The notes under the pieces were generated by a model that searched no databases, was not told where the DNA came from, and saw nothing but the letters and a program-made list of their open reading frames with translations. From Phoronis australis (taxonomy: Eukaryota; Animalia; Phoronida): DNA of 64,000 nucleotides. Positions 12,170 to 25,116 of the stretch are shown here, piece after piece. A program made the position numbers and the translations under genes. Within the stretch, counting starts at the first letter, position 1. Each line of letters begins with the position of its first letter. The stretch covers positions 62,001 to 126,000 of the forward strand of contig NMRA01000197.1 of the NCBI GenBank assembly GCA_002633005.1, given 5' to 3'.

Positions 12170-13843
12170 TTAAAGGAGAATGCCACCCGATTTAATTAGT
12201 CTTTTTTACCGTCTTAATCGGTCTATATCCACATCGCCTCGCACACGGTCGACCTTACCTTGCCAAGAGGTGTCGCGTTAACCTGTGAGGAAGGTGAGAA
12301 ACGACGCTAGCGACGTCAGTGGTTCATATGCAAAGTGAATGCCGCTATGTTGCGGTGCATCGTTCCCGCTTTCCCAAACTAAGAAGCTGCGAGGAAAGCG
12401 GGTATATCGTTTTTTTACTTCCTCGAGAGTCCGAAATGCTTAGGAAGTGGCTCATGGTAGTGAAGAATGAAATGTACGCTGTAAATAGCAAGTATGATGC
12501 CGTGAAACATCTCCGTGTCTGTGGCCTGAGGACGTCGACAGTGCCTGACGAATGCCGGCTTACCAAATAACCCCATACGTTCCGTTGTCTGAGATTGTTC
12601 ACGGCGCCTCTCTAGTATTTCTTCATCATTGTATTCCTGTTCGAACATTGATAGCCTGTAAAACTTAACGATCCATCTGCGAAGTCGGGACTGATGAGCT
12701 CTAGCTCGTCTCCTAAGTCGGGATTGCGAGTTGCTATGTTGGCGTTTATTACTGAGCGTTCTGTTTCAAAATGAATTATTCTCACCCTAACCAATACTTA
12801 TATAAAACTGAAACAAAGCCTGTCTCATTAAATGCAATTTGTAATGCCTTTGGAGTGTTCGTGAGTGCTAATGATTTGAGAAGCCAGCAATGAATAAATC
12901 ACTGCGTTACCGGCTTTAGGTGCAATAAAACTAATTGACGGGACACCGAGGCCGTGTGAGCTCATGCTAATTTAGTGTCTGCTGGCAGAAACTATTGTGA
13001 AACAACTCGATTTCCATCCCACGACCAGGTGTTAGGGGAATCTTTATTTACATTTACATTACTCAAATAATGATTGTCAATGTACAACTTCTGCCCTGAC
13101 GGCCTGCTGTCGGTGAAAGCGGAACTTGAATTCGCGGCCCCCGACGAGTAAATAGATTTGCAGTTTCGTGGCTAACTCACCAACATAATCACGTGCACAT
13201 TACTTTGGCTCACTAGTATAGTATTTTCTTGACTGGAAGTTTAGTTTCCACTGAGCTTTGGCTGGTTTATGTTCGTGATCAGTTTCCGAGCCATTGGCCG
13301 GGATAACGAGTCAATCCGGCCGGCCGTGACGGGCCTGATCGGGCTCCGAGCCACTGGCCAGGATAACAAGCGTTTTGTGTTTAGAACTCAAAAAATCACA
13401 AGTCTAAACAACACAGATCTAGGTTCTCCTGTCTGTATCTCACGGAAAATACTTCGAAATTATCTCCAAACACACCCCAAACACCTTATTGGCCTCCGAA
13501 CTTTTATTGGCTACGGTGGGTCCAAATAGCAATAAATCCGTAAGAGCGAAATAAAACAACACGTTTTTACAAGAGCTCGGTGTATTCTTAAGGGTTTTAC
13601 ATCGAAGTTTTATGATTTATTGGTGTTAAACGATGACTAAAAGCGATAAGCTGACACCAATAACCCGTGTTGTGAACTGCTGAACAGACTGCGTGTGAAA
13701 CCGATGACGTAACTGGATAATTTCAACACCTCCGTCTGCCGTCAGGTGTCAGGTAACGCAACCGTACATGTCGTTATGGAGTAGAACTACTCGATCTAAA
13801 TTGATACAAATTAGGTTGTTTTTTGGGTGGCATGCTCCTTTAA
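12170..13843 (+). mobile_element. Non-autonomous Kolobok-type DNA transposon (~1.7 kb) with a THAP-domain remnant
   Basis: TTAA at both ends (12170-12173, 13840-13843) and 15-bp TIRs AGGAGAATGCCACCC / GGGTGGCATGCTCCT. Frameshifted THAP-like peptide CIVPA(C)PN...GISFF.LPRESEMLRKWL...LRVCGL at about 12348-12530. Confidence 0.8.
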
Positions 13844-14049
13844 CGCCTTCGTGGTCAAATTCTGATGGTGGTTTGAACTCATTGTCTCGAGTCACTATCT
13901 AACCCATCGTATTCATTGCAATCTATCATATCAAGAACATTGTCACAAGTCAAACGCATTCGGACATTTTGGCTGGCACAGAAACCTACAAGAAAACAAG
14001 GGAATAAAAAATGCAGTATGGTACACATACTTACCATCAGGGATAACAT

Positions 14050-14310
14050 AAAGTATCATTTTGAATAACATACTACATGACTGGAACAAATTGATGTTTT
14101 AAAAATAATGTAATATCGTGGATTCCTCAATATTGGAAATTAGTGGACTTTGCTTCGAGAATGACTATCGACAGAGTATGAAAATTCGTTACACTTTGTT
14201 TCACACAGACTAATTAAATCAAAATCTTGTTTATACTTTCCAAAACTGCCATTGTTGTATTTAGCATGAAGACCACAAACATTCAAAATTAGAATTTTTA
14301 AATTAAAATT
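14050..14310 (-). mobile_element. LINE apurinic-like endonuclease (APE) N-terminal fragment, degraded
   Basis: LKILILNVCGL...DFDLISLCETK matches APE motifs I and II (NVxGL, DxxxLxET). Confidence 0.7.
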
Positions 14311-14409
14311 AACTAGGTTTCTTTCTTGACATATATGGGAGGCCAAGCCCATGAATGTAATGACCAACCATGACTTTGGTCAACGATCTAGCGTCACTCT
14401 GAAAAAAGT

Positions 14410-14690
14410 AATTCCAAATAAAAACCAGATGGTGGGCTATATATGCAAAATCACCAATTTGTTTGAAACTTAGCACATCAGCTGGCCTTGTCAGAAGAAA
14501 CCTGAGCTTGATTTTTAAGACTTTCTGAGTTTTTCAAAACCCTTTTTAAGACCACTTTGTACTTTTTCTGAAAAATAGCAAATAAAAGTAATAGGAATTA
14601 GATGACTTATTGTCAGCAACAACATCATCGCTTCACGCTATTGAAAAAGTAACTATATAGCAGAAAGAAGAAAGAATAGCATACAAGAAA
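14410..14690 (+). repeat. Dispersed repeat, also present at 63715-64000
   Basis: aaaaccagatg-tgggct-tatatgcaaaatcacc...gaaacttagcacatcagctgg...aaagaagaaagaata is colinear at both sites. Confidence 0.85.
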
Positions 14691-15769
14691 AATTAGTTCG
14701 GATGGATTTATTGATTTTTCATGTCCTCCCATTTTAGCCTACAAAAATGTAATTTTCACTGCTTATTATTAATGACATTTTTATGCATTTTTATCGCTCT
14801 CCCAAATCTGTATCGGATTTTTTTGGAACATGAGTTTACATCCATCTGTTACTGCTGTCTTTGTTCAGCCCAACGCAAGAATGAATTTAAAAATCTTGTC
14901 TCTTTCATAGTTTTTATTCAGTCAGTTTTTTACACTTACACACTTTTATGGCAATCTGTGACTGTCAGTTAGATTAAAAGACTCTAGGAGGCGCTACTCG
15001 ATTGTGCAATTATCTATCGACCAAGATGCCAAACAGAACAAATATCATTCGTTTTGCTACATCAGTGACAAAGGAGATCATGTGAAGCTGTATGAGAGAT
15101 TTTTTCTTCGCGGATTTTCAGTTTTGCTGGTGAAAAACAAAAATCTATTATAGGATTACAGAACTTAATGTACTGATGAGTTAATAATACAACCCCCATC
15201 ACCATCTCATACTTCAGAGAAGCAGGTTTTATTCTTATTAAGGGTGCCCATTCCCCATTGCTTGGTCAGTTTTTGAACACCGTAATGGACTAAAAATCCC
15301 AAGCACTGCCTGCAGTGCATGCTGGTCCATTTCCAGACCTCCTGGACAAGTCCCTGTATATGCGCTTGAAAAAGTCCTCTCAAACTATTAGCAAAGTTCA
15401 TACTAAAACTAATCAAGATCTTCGAGATCACTACTGAAAAGACGACGGTGGATAGAAGTGTCGTGCTATTGGACACACAAAGCGTCACCCAATGCTTCTT
15501 GTACTACACAAAAGCGGCCGAGCATGGTGGCAGTGCGCCAATGGAATTTGCAATTTCAGAAAAATAACAGGTACGGATATTTACGATTGAAAACATAATA
15601 CTTTCAGTGATATCCAAGTTACCGGCTTTCCAAACCAGTATTTAAATAATTGGGTGTTGTTCATCACAATATGTAAATTCCGTTCATGCGGCGGACCACA
15701 ATTTTTTGAAGGTATTCTAGGTTTAGTGTATGATGCATTTCCACACAACACTTCAAAAAACCCGCAAAA

Positions 15770-16800
15770 TACGTCGAATCCATCCCAAAACGGAAACTTG
15801 TCATTGTTTATTTAATAGAAAGCTATTTACCAAATCCAATAAAACCCGTCGAGGAACTTAGAAGCAAAAGAGGAAAACAAACAAAAAAAGAAATTGCCAC
15901 TAGGGGACACAAATTTATTGGAAAGTCATCGTAGCCCGTTGTTAACTTCACACAAAAACACTTGCTAAAATTAATCAAGATCCTGCGGTGGGCTTAGGAG
16001 ATACAGCTATGGGCACAAAAGCAAAACTGCAACTAGGAGGTGCCACAGTAGTCGATGTCGTTCGAAAATCATCATTAACCGTCGTCTTCACACTAAGAAC
16101 GTATATGCTAATTTTCAAAATTATGCTTAGAGTGGTTTGGTTGGCAGAGGGGCAGACGTCAAAAACAGACTAGGAAACAGTAAAAATGGCCATTAGATGG
16201 CGTAAAATATGTCAAATCATCCAAAAACGCCGTTTCTGTAATAGAAAGCTGTTTACCAAATTTCATAAAAATACATCAAGGAACTTCATAGAAACAGGGG
16301 AAAACGTAAAAAATGAAATTGCCACTAGGGGGTACATAGTTTGTTGGATCCGTCTGAAAGTCGTCGTCGTCCGTAGTCAACTTCATATAAATACACTTGC
16401 TAAATTTAATATAGATCCTGCAATGGGTTTAGTAGAAACAGTCATGGGCGCTACAAAAAAATCTGCCACTAGGAGGAGCCAAAGTAGTCAAAGTCATCGG
16501 AAGGCTATTATCAACCGTTCTCTTCACTCTGAAAGCGTATATGTCAATTTTCATAATCATTCTATGGATAGTTTATTTGATAGAGGGGCAGACTCGAAAA
16601 CAGTAAAAATGGCCACTGGGTGGAACAAAATATCTCAAATACATCCGAAAATTTGAGGATAACGCCATCTCCCTAATAGATGGTTATGTGCCAAATTTCA
16701 TGAAAATCCGTTGAGACTGAGCTTTAAAGATACAGAGGTAAATGTATAAAACTAGGATTGCCACTAGGGGGCACATCAGTTGTTGGATCCATCCGAAATA
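15770..16800. repeat. Diverged tandem array of ~143-bp monomers arranged as ~430-bp trimers
   Basis: Recurrent g(c/a)cactag(g/a) blocks near 15897, 16029, 16190, 16321, 16465, 16612 and 16760, plus recurrent aaattt(c/a)at blocks. Every third monomer is the most similar. Confidence 0.7.
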
Positions 16801-18479
16801 TGTCATAATCTGTCATATGGGCTCATAAAAACCCGTGTTCCATTCAGAAACTGATGAGGTGCACATCCGAATACGGCTGACCGACAAGTCAGAGATGACT
16901 GCATAGCAAAATGGTACTGAATAAGTGAAAAATTATGATCAACTGCCATTACAGTTTTAAAGGGAAGTGAACTGTATTGTCAATTTTTGAGTCGAGGGGT
17001 ATAATCATGATTGGAGCTTCTTTCCATACTTAGAAAATATTTTGACGTAAATATTAGAATACAAATTACTGCAAGTAATCACCTTAGGGATGGTCGCCAT
17101 CTTTGCTCTGACATATTCTACTAGCTTCAAATGCGACCCAAGCAGACTAGTGGAATGGCAAATCTGTTGACGATTTCACCAGCTCTCACAAGTCATATGT
17201 ACTAAAGATGTGTATAAAGATGGGACACCTTTTGTACAAGTATGGTACATACTTTTTCGTGGTCTTTCGGTGTAAACATGAGTCACACCTTTGAACCATT
17301 TGAATAAATATGGATCACAATTTTCAGACTTGCAAGGTGTAACATGGTTGCAATTTTCAAAGTACAGCAGCCCATCCTAACCCGCTAACCGGATAGGCTT
17401 ATCAGGTTTGTGCACCTGGGCAGTCAGTAAGTCGAAAGTTGTCAGCGAGAGGTAATACAATATTCTGAACTGAAGTTATGACCTGTTGACCCAGGCCAAC
17501 AATTGTGATAAATACGAAGTAAATTTTTAGCAATTGCTACTAATATCTTACTTGCACCAACAGGGACTAACAAATCAAACTGGNTCAAAAATAAAAAAAA
17601 AAGCAAAAACGTCTCCTACAAAACAAAAACGACACCGCCAGCGTGTGTAAACCTCAATAAAACCAACTTGGAAAAAATGAGGGAGGACGAGAGCGGGGGT
17701 TCACTCTGAAAATATAATGTTTTCCATTGCGAATTCTTGTTATGAAAATCAACGCATTTCGAGTCTTCGTGGCTCATCGGCAAAACGCGCGGGCGCTTCC
17801 GTCTACACTTCTGAAGTAGCCAAGCATTTCAGATGGATCCACCGCTGAAAGAGCAGCTCTGTAGCTGATTTCTTTAGGTAACTGGCTTCTTTACTCTAAG
17901 ATATGTCTTGATTTAATCAGGGGAAATACTGCGGTACTACAACCCTGATATTCAGGCGAATTGACGTGCAACGTTTTTACCTCATCTGTCATGCCGTCTC
18001 ATTCCCTTATACCCCAAACGTTTGTAACTCGAATTTGACTGGTGTATAGTAAAGTTGTCTTGCGCAATATCATACAGTTTACATGTACATGTAATATTTT
18101 TGAAAAGAACTCGTTTTCCGAAGAATTGCTATTGTCGCGGGCGCCGTGGTCTGGTCGCGAGTTCGTTTGAAGATGCACTCTAACAAGTTACGTCTATACA
18201 AGGAATGACCAAGGTGGCACTCACATTGACAAAGTGACCGCATTCGCGAACAGTGTACAGTACCAGAAGTTGAGGGGAGGCTGTGCTTTCACAGCAAAGT
18301 CTTGCGGGACTCGTGCGATGTTTAATAGGCCTCCTAAGGAGCCCTAGTTCCGACCTCAACAACTACCGTCTTTCTACCTGCAATAAGCACCACTGCCGTC
18401 TTCTATACTGGGAATTTCCGCAGAAAGGCCAACCCGATGAAACGCCTATGCCCATGGGCATTTATTTGATGTTAGTAGG

Positions 18480-18870
18480 CCTACTTGGGGTTTCAAGCGT
18501 TCAGACATTGGGACGTTTATTCCGAAAATGGCAAGAGATGCAAATAGGTCCTGGGATACATCGTCTAGGTTTGAAGTAGTTCATGATGAACGGATCAAAT
18601 TTAGTTGCGCATGTAAGTGTTTTGAATGGACTTGGTAACCTCAAGAGGCTTAGTGCCAATTGAGCTGCGAAACGAGATGCTGACATTGTAGAGGCTTACA
18701 AGCTCATTGACACAGCAGTTGACGAAGTGTAAGCGTTGGGAACAAACATCGAAGATGTCTGGGTAGAATGGTTCTAAGACGAGCAAACCATTGGATCCGA
18801 AATACAGATTCCTCGGCAGTCCAGACAACAGCAGGATAGGACTAACGTTCCTGGAGAAACACCCACGTAA
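18480..18870 (+). mobile_element. Degraded hAT transposase fragment (THAP12/PRKRIR-like, Tip100/Zaphod group)
   Basis: KRDADIVEAYKLIDTAVDEV*ALGTNIEDVWVEWF*DEQTIGSEIQIPRQSRQQQDRTNVPGETP resembles the LQxxxxDIxxAY...PR...RQxxRxNVP segment of these transposases. Contains in-frame stops. Confidence 0.75.
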
Positions 18871-21800
18871 TAAGTTATAATTCTACACAGTTTGTACATA
18901 ATGTCGGTTTTTTATGCTTGTGTCCAATGAAAACGAAATAGAAATTATTTTTGGTCATGCCAAATTTACCCAGTACAGCAAAGGGTCTACGAGCGCACAG
19001 AAACTGATTCTGGTTTGTATTTCCACTTGGCTCTATCTGCTTCATATCCAAAATCTATTTCACGTAGTGTGTAGTTAAATTTGTACTCAATACTTGTTAC
19101 TTCCAGTGAATACAACAGAACAGTGCGAAAAACCTTCCTAGACAACCTCTCGCAGCAGTTGACGACCAGATGTATAAAATACACGTATGAGCAACCACTG
19201 GGCATCAAAAAGTGTCCAGAGAGAAGTTTTCAATTCAAAAATTTTTACATAGTACGCTTTAGGTCTCGCGACGGACCAGGTCAGCTTTATTTGTGTAGAT
19301 ATTGAGTTTCAGTGTACTTGTGGTCTCTCGGCGAACTAGTCTTGTGATGTTTTTTACCAACGTGTGCTTTGTAAAACTATTTATCTCAGCCAGTACTGTT
19401 CGGTCCCGCGAACAGATCGACTATTTTTATAGGGATAATAAGCTCAGGTGTACTTTTAGTCTCGTGACGGACCAGACCAGCCTTTTTGTGTACTCTCAAT
19501 TTAGATATGGTCGCTCTGCGAACTGGTCCTGCATATCTTTTCACCACGATGTACAGAATGTTTTGGTTTCGTGAAACTGTTTTCAGATGATTTGTTTCCT
19601 GACACATTTGACGTTTTTCAATTGCTGTCAACGTGATTCAGCTTAATAAAGTGATACTTAATTGTTTATTGTCGCTTTTAATAATGGACTATGATATGAG
19701 CTAAGAGCACCATCGTTCGCCAGTTTTTCTTGTAACGAGACAGAACACATGTTTATTTCCGGACAAACAGTACAAGTCTTCGTTCTTAAACAACTCGAGG
19801 CTGCTGTTGCGCGATCATCTGATATTCATTTTTTTACGCCGCGTCGGTGCTCCTTATGCTCTTGAATATTTGGTAGTTGTCTAAACCTTACACACACACC
19901 ACCACTTTTTCATATACGGCTTTTCGTATGCTAAACAGGTGTGCATAAGCAGATGTTCCAACAAAAATTTTTTGCTGCTGGCGTGACTCATACCCAGATG
20001 TGCACAAATATGGTTTCACGAAACTTATGAGCCACGTTCATGTGACGAAATCCACAAGGGTTTTGAATTATCTTAAGGAAAACTCAAGAGACATGTTAAG
20101 TGCCAGAAACTTAGCAGGATGCATTGAAATTTCAATATTTGGCTACAAAAACAAAAAAAATGCCATACACGGAAGGGGAAAACCCCCCTCCCGACATCCC
20201 CCCTCTCGGCGCCACGCGCCTCGGATTCGACCTTTGCGGGAAACCTAAGCCCCCCCTTTACTGAAAACGTAGATCCGCCACTGAGTAACGAAAATTGACC
20301 AAATGTACAAGAAGGAATTCCTCCCTATTCTTTGGAGTGACAGGAAGTGCTATTGATGAAGTTAAATAGAGTGTTTCAGAAAATTGGGGTCTCAAAACTG
20401 AAACTTAAATTTTTGTGATATTGCATTGTTGATATTAGATCATATATTTTAGGTGATATCTCTGAACTAAAAGAGTAGCCTCTTTTTCTCTTGTCAGTTA
20501 GAGTTATGCCACATCACAAAAATGCCCAAATTCGAGGGCCACTTTTAGCACTAAATATATAAGAGATAAGCTTTTTTAAAAGCAATTATCAAAGATCAGT
20601 CTTAGAAGTGTCTACACAGCGAATTTCAACTTCAAATATATTCCGATATAGCAGGCAGGTTAAGCAACATCTTGCCACTTGTGACTGGCCTGAAAAGTGG
20701 TCTCGGAGTTTTCTCCCCTGCTGGAAATTTAAACGTACCTAAGAGTTTCAAATTTCATTTTCTTACTAACCTTACATGAGTCTTTATGACCATCAATGTC
20801 AAACTTTGTCACCAGTTTTCCAAGTTTGATATTTTGCCGTTCCAAAAGAGCAGTTTTACTGACATGAAAAAAATGCAAAATATGCCTTTATAGCCAAATA
20901 GGTCATATCTNNNNNNNNNNNNNNNNNNNNNNNNNNNNNNNNNNNNNNNNNNNNNNNNNNNNNNNNNNNNNNNNNNNNNNNNNNNNNNNNNNNNNNNNNN
21001 NNNNNNNNNNNNNNNNNNNNNNNNNNNNNNNNNNNNNNNNNNNNNNNNNNNNNNNNNNNNNTCCATCTATAGCTTATCTTTAACGGATAGTCTGGGACTG
21101 GACCTTTTCGTCCGGGGGGACTATAACGTTATGTTGCTGTTAGCAGTGTGTTCCTAACAATTCGTTTTTGCTGAAGACTGAGTAGACCGTCAGCTCAGGG
21201 CACTTAGCAATGAACGAGATACCAACGTTTGACCACCCGGGCCCTTAAAGTGCACACCAGTACTATAGAAATGAGTGTCTGCCGGAGTCTTCACTTTGGA
21301 ACTATGTGGCCCCTGGGACACCATCCGAAGGGGGCATGACTGAGCTTGGTTAGATACTCGAGGTACTGGCTAAAACTGATTTGTAATGAACAATCGTGCC
21401 ACACTATGTTTGTTAATCACTTGCTTCCTTCATCACTTTCAATAACTTTATAATTGTCTTTGTGGTTCAATGTCAAGTAAGAAAGATGTGTATTGCTAAT
21501 TGCAGTTCAGATTTAATGGTTTTAATTTTTGATATTTTTGTATAATGTGTCATTGTTATTCGAAACAATACGTCATTTTGCATTTTACGGAACTATAAAA
21601 GGAAAAAACCCGGTTTCTGACACGACTACAAACAGTATTATTTTCTGATTTTCGTAGAAATAGTCACATATAGCCCAGGAACTGAACCGTGAAAACGGAG
21701 AATCGAGGATAAAAATGGAATTCAACTGAACCAAACAAAATTGGTGTTCAGTACTGTGGAACAATCGCTCATATTAACCGGTTTTAAATCAGATTTTTGT

Positions 21801-22280
21801 GTTCAGTACTTCGACTGTTTAACCAAGCTCAGTTCCCCCCCCCCTATTAGGTCTCGATGTGCTCCATCTGGAGTTCAGACACCCACAGACATACGTTTCT
21901 GTATGTACTAGGGTACATTTTAAGTGTTCCTCTGGTTAGTTTCATCAGGTCGCTGAAAGAGTTACCAGTTTTGGAATTTGTGCCCTGCCGGACACAGTAG
22001 TGAAAGACTTCTTACCAAAATGTGATTTAAACAAGGTACAAAAGTCATCCTACCTGTCCGTCGGGAAAAGTGTCGAGACCATGCGTGAGCCCGAGTTGAT
22101 GATGTGGCAGACAAAGAAATTTATATTAAAAAATACTTGAATTATTATTTGAATTATCGCTTCAATGTAATTATTGTAGCTTTTGTGGGGTTTTGTGTGC
22201 TACAAATTAAAACCAAAACGAAACTACAGATACTCGAGGCAAAGCTTCTCATGATATCCCATTCCAAGTACTGTGTCATA

Positions 22281-22515
22281 CAGAGGCGGATCTACCGGGG
22301 AGTACAGGGGTTCAACCCCCTCTCCCCCTTGGGACAGGATCAAAAATAAAAATAAAAAAATGTCGTCAGGAAAACGAAATTAGCTACTAAAAATCAAGAA
22401 AATCTTACATGGGAGGGGAGAAACCCCCTCCCGACATTGCCTGCACTCGGTGCTACGCGCCTCAGATTCGCCCGAATCCTAACCCCTCTTCACTGAAAAC
22501 GTAGATCTGCCACTG
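22281..22515. mobile_element. hAT-type MITE
   Basis: TIRs cagaggcggatctac / gtagatctgccactg. A related right end lies at about 20170-20283. Confidence 0.7.
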
Positions 22516-23019
22516 CTGTGTTCATGTACACGTGTTATGTATGCTACACTTGCCAGCAAACGAGATCACCTTGATCATTTTAGATGCAACTCTTGTTTTG
22601 ATAGCTACATATTGGCTCAGAAGATACCCGCACAAAGCTATTTCGTTCTAAATGATATTGCAAACTTTAAATTGGAATAAATTATTTTAGCGTAGACATT
22701 TTCAATATGTTGACAGAAAGAAACGGCAGACGTTCGCTTAGTGATGGATCTATAACTTCTGCTGCCCGGAAGGTCAGAAGATAACGTTGTTCCCCAACCG
22801 CCCTCTACCCAACACCCAGCATCACGCCAGCTTGGATGCCATCTCTAAGCTGTAGCTATGTGAACACTGCTGCCGTACCCATCCAATTCCATCAGGGCAC
22901 AATGGTCACAAATAGACTAGAGTTGTCAAACGTGATCCTAAAAATTGATAGACACACAGAAATCTTAGGTTTGACTTGCTAACCTTAGCGCAGTGAGATA
23001 CACATAATTCACAGCTATC

Positions 23020-24500
23020 ATGGACAAAAACAAATTTCATGTTCTTGGGGATTAATTTCCAAGTCAGCTTACACGATATGGCAGATCACAATTACTTGGC
23101 GAAATTGAAAGATATTGAAATAAATTTGAAAAATTGGTCTAAAAGAATTTTGACGCCTTTCGAGAGGATTACAGTAATCAAAGCGCTAGCGGTTTCAAAA
23201 ATTGTACATCTTCTGGAATCCTTGCCACAACCTTCGAAATAGAATAGAAAAACTGAACTCAGTGTTTGTTAAAGTCCTCTGGCAAGGTCGCAATGACCAA
23301 ATTAAGTGCTCCCGAGATGTTTGTAATTATAATGAAGAAGGTATCAGAATGATCAACATATTTTCATTCTGTAAGGCTTTAAAGATTAACATGTGAACAA
23401 AATTTGTAAACGGCCAGTCTAAGACTGCCGGTTTCTTTCATTTGATTTTTTTCTGAATTTAGAAATTTCGCTAAGTACGGAATTGACTTTCTCAAGATAA
23501 AGTTGCCTAATACTGACAATCACTTCTGGAAAGATTTTTTTGAATGTGTAATCTCCTTTGGAAATTGTTTGAAGATCAAAAATCAGATAGATTTTCTTAA
23601 CCAACCTTAATGGTTTAGCAGTGATCTGCAGGCAGGAGGAAAATGTATTTTCTACAGGAACTGGTGCAATAGAGGCATAGTCTTTATAAAGGACTTGTTT
23701 TCCCCAGACGGTAACATTTTGAACTATAGATTTATTGTGGTTATTTTAGGTATCAAAACGAGCTTTATGGAGTATAATAGTCTAATTTCAGTAATATCTT
23801 AGTACCAACAGGAATGTGGTATTGATATAGTTGTTAGTTTTGGTGCGTATTGTCCTGTTATGCCAACGATTCTAATGAAAGTGAAAAATGGCGAGAGAGG
23901 ATGTCAACATATCTGTACACAATTAAATTATAGTTTCGACGTCTCAAAAGCGGAGTCAAAATGGGTCTACGAACTGAACGTAAACACAACTAATTTTTCA
24001 TGGGAAGATGTTTATTCCCTTCTATATAACACAACAAGAGACCCAAGAATTAGGTGGCTTCAGTTCAGACTCTTGACGAGAATTTTGACTACTAACTCTT
24101 TTTTAAAAATAATTCAAGTTACGGATGACGGCTCTTGTTCCTTTTGTGGACAATCGAAAGAGACTTTGAAACAATTATTTTGGGAATGTGAAACGGTAAA
24201 TTCACTTTGGACAAGAGTTAATAATGAAATTCTAAACAAAGCAAATCCCCCGTGTGTCGGCACTCTCTCCTGCAACAACGTTATTTTTGGGTTTTTTGAT
24301 AAAAAATAAAATTTTAAAAACATTGTTTTATTATTGGGTAAACAGTTTATTTATATCCAAAAGTTTGGATCAAAAAGATTACTTCTAAGTTGATTTTTTA
24401 ACTTCATCAAAGAATATTATACGAGTGAAAAGTATAATGCTCGTAAGGATTTGAATTTAGAATTCATACAAACAAGATGGTGTATTTTTGAAACGGTTTT
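23020..24500 (+). mobile_element. 5'-truncated, degraded L1/Tx1-clade LINE (ORF2 C-terminal part with zf-RVT)
   Basis: FLGINF...LKNWSKRILTPFERITVIKALAVSKIVHL, WLQFRLLTRILTTNSFL and CSFCGQSKETLKQLFWEC. Several stops and frameshifts. Confidence 0.9.
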
Positions 24501-24969
24501 TCTTAGCAGTCAAGAGGATTAGTTATGGGTATGCGTGTGTGTGCGTGCGTGTCTGTGGTGTTCTTTGTCTTTTTATGATATTTTAATGTTTTTCTTATTG
24601 CCAATAAATGCATATATAAAAAGAGATATACATAATTCGGGATAAAAACGTTTTCACTATGACACTTTTGTTCTCTATCGGTTCTGATAATAACGAAATT
24701 AGAATACGCAATTAGTGGACTAAAACAAAATTTCTTTGAAATACACTGAAATTCAAATAAACACCTCAACAAAAGTTTGGAAATTTTTGTTCACTCTTAT
24801 TACTTTTGATTGAATTAAATCACATTGCATACCAATGGAAAGCCCAGCCATTCTCCTTTCCAACGATACCACATTTTGTCAATACGTGTACCCGCTTTCC
24901 TCGCAGCTTCATGTCTCACACAAGAGGGAACGACACACCACCCCATAGCGGCAATCATTGTGAAGAAGA

Positions 24970-25116
24970 ACCACTGACGTCGCAGCGTCTTTTCTCACCT
25001 ACCTCACGCGTTAACGCTACACCTCTCGGCGAGGTAAGATCGACCGCATGCGAGGTGACGTGGATATAGTCCGATTAAGAAGGTAAAAAGTCTAATTAAA
25101 TCAGGTGGCATTCTCC
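24970..25116. mobile_element. Terminal fragment of the Kolobok-type element
   Basis: cactgacgtcgc...ctaattaaatcaggtggcattctcc matches 32290-32441. Confidence 0.75.
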
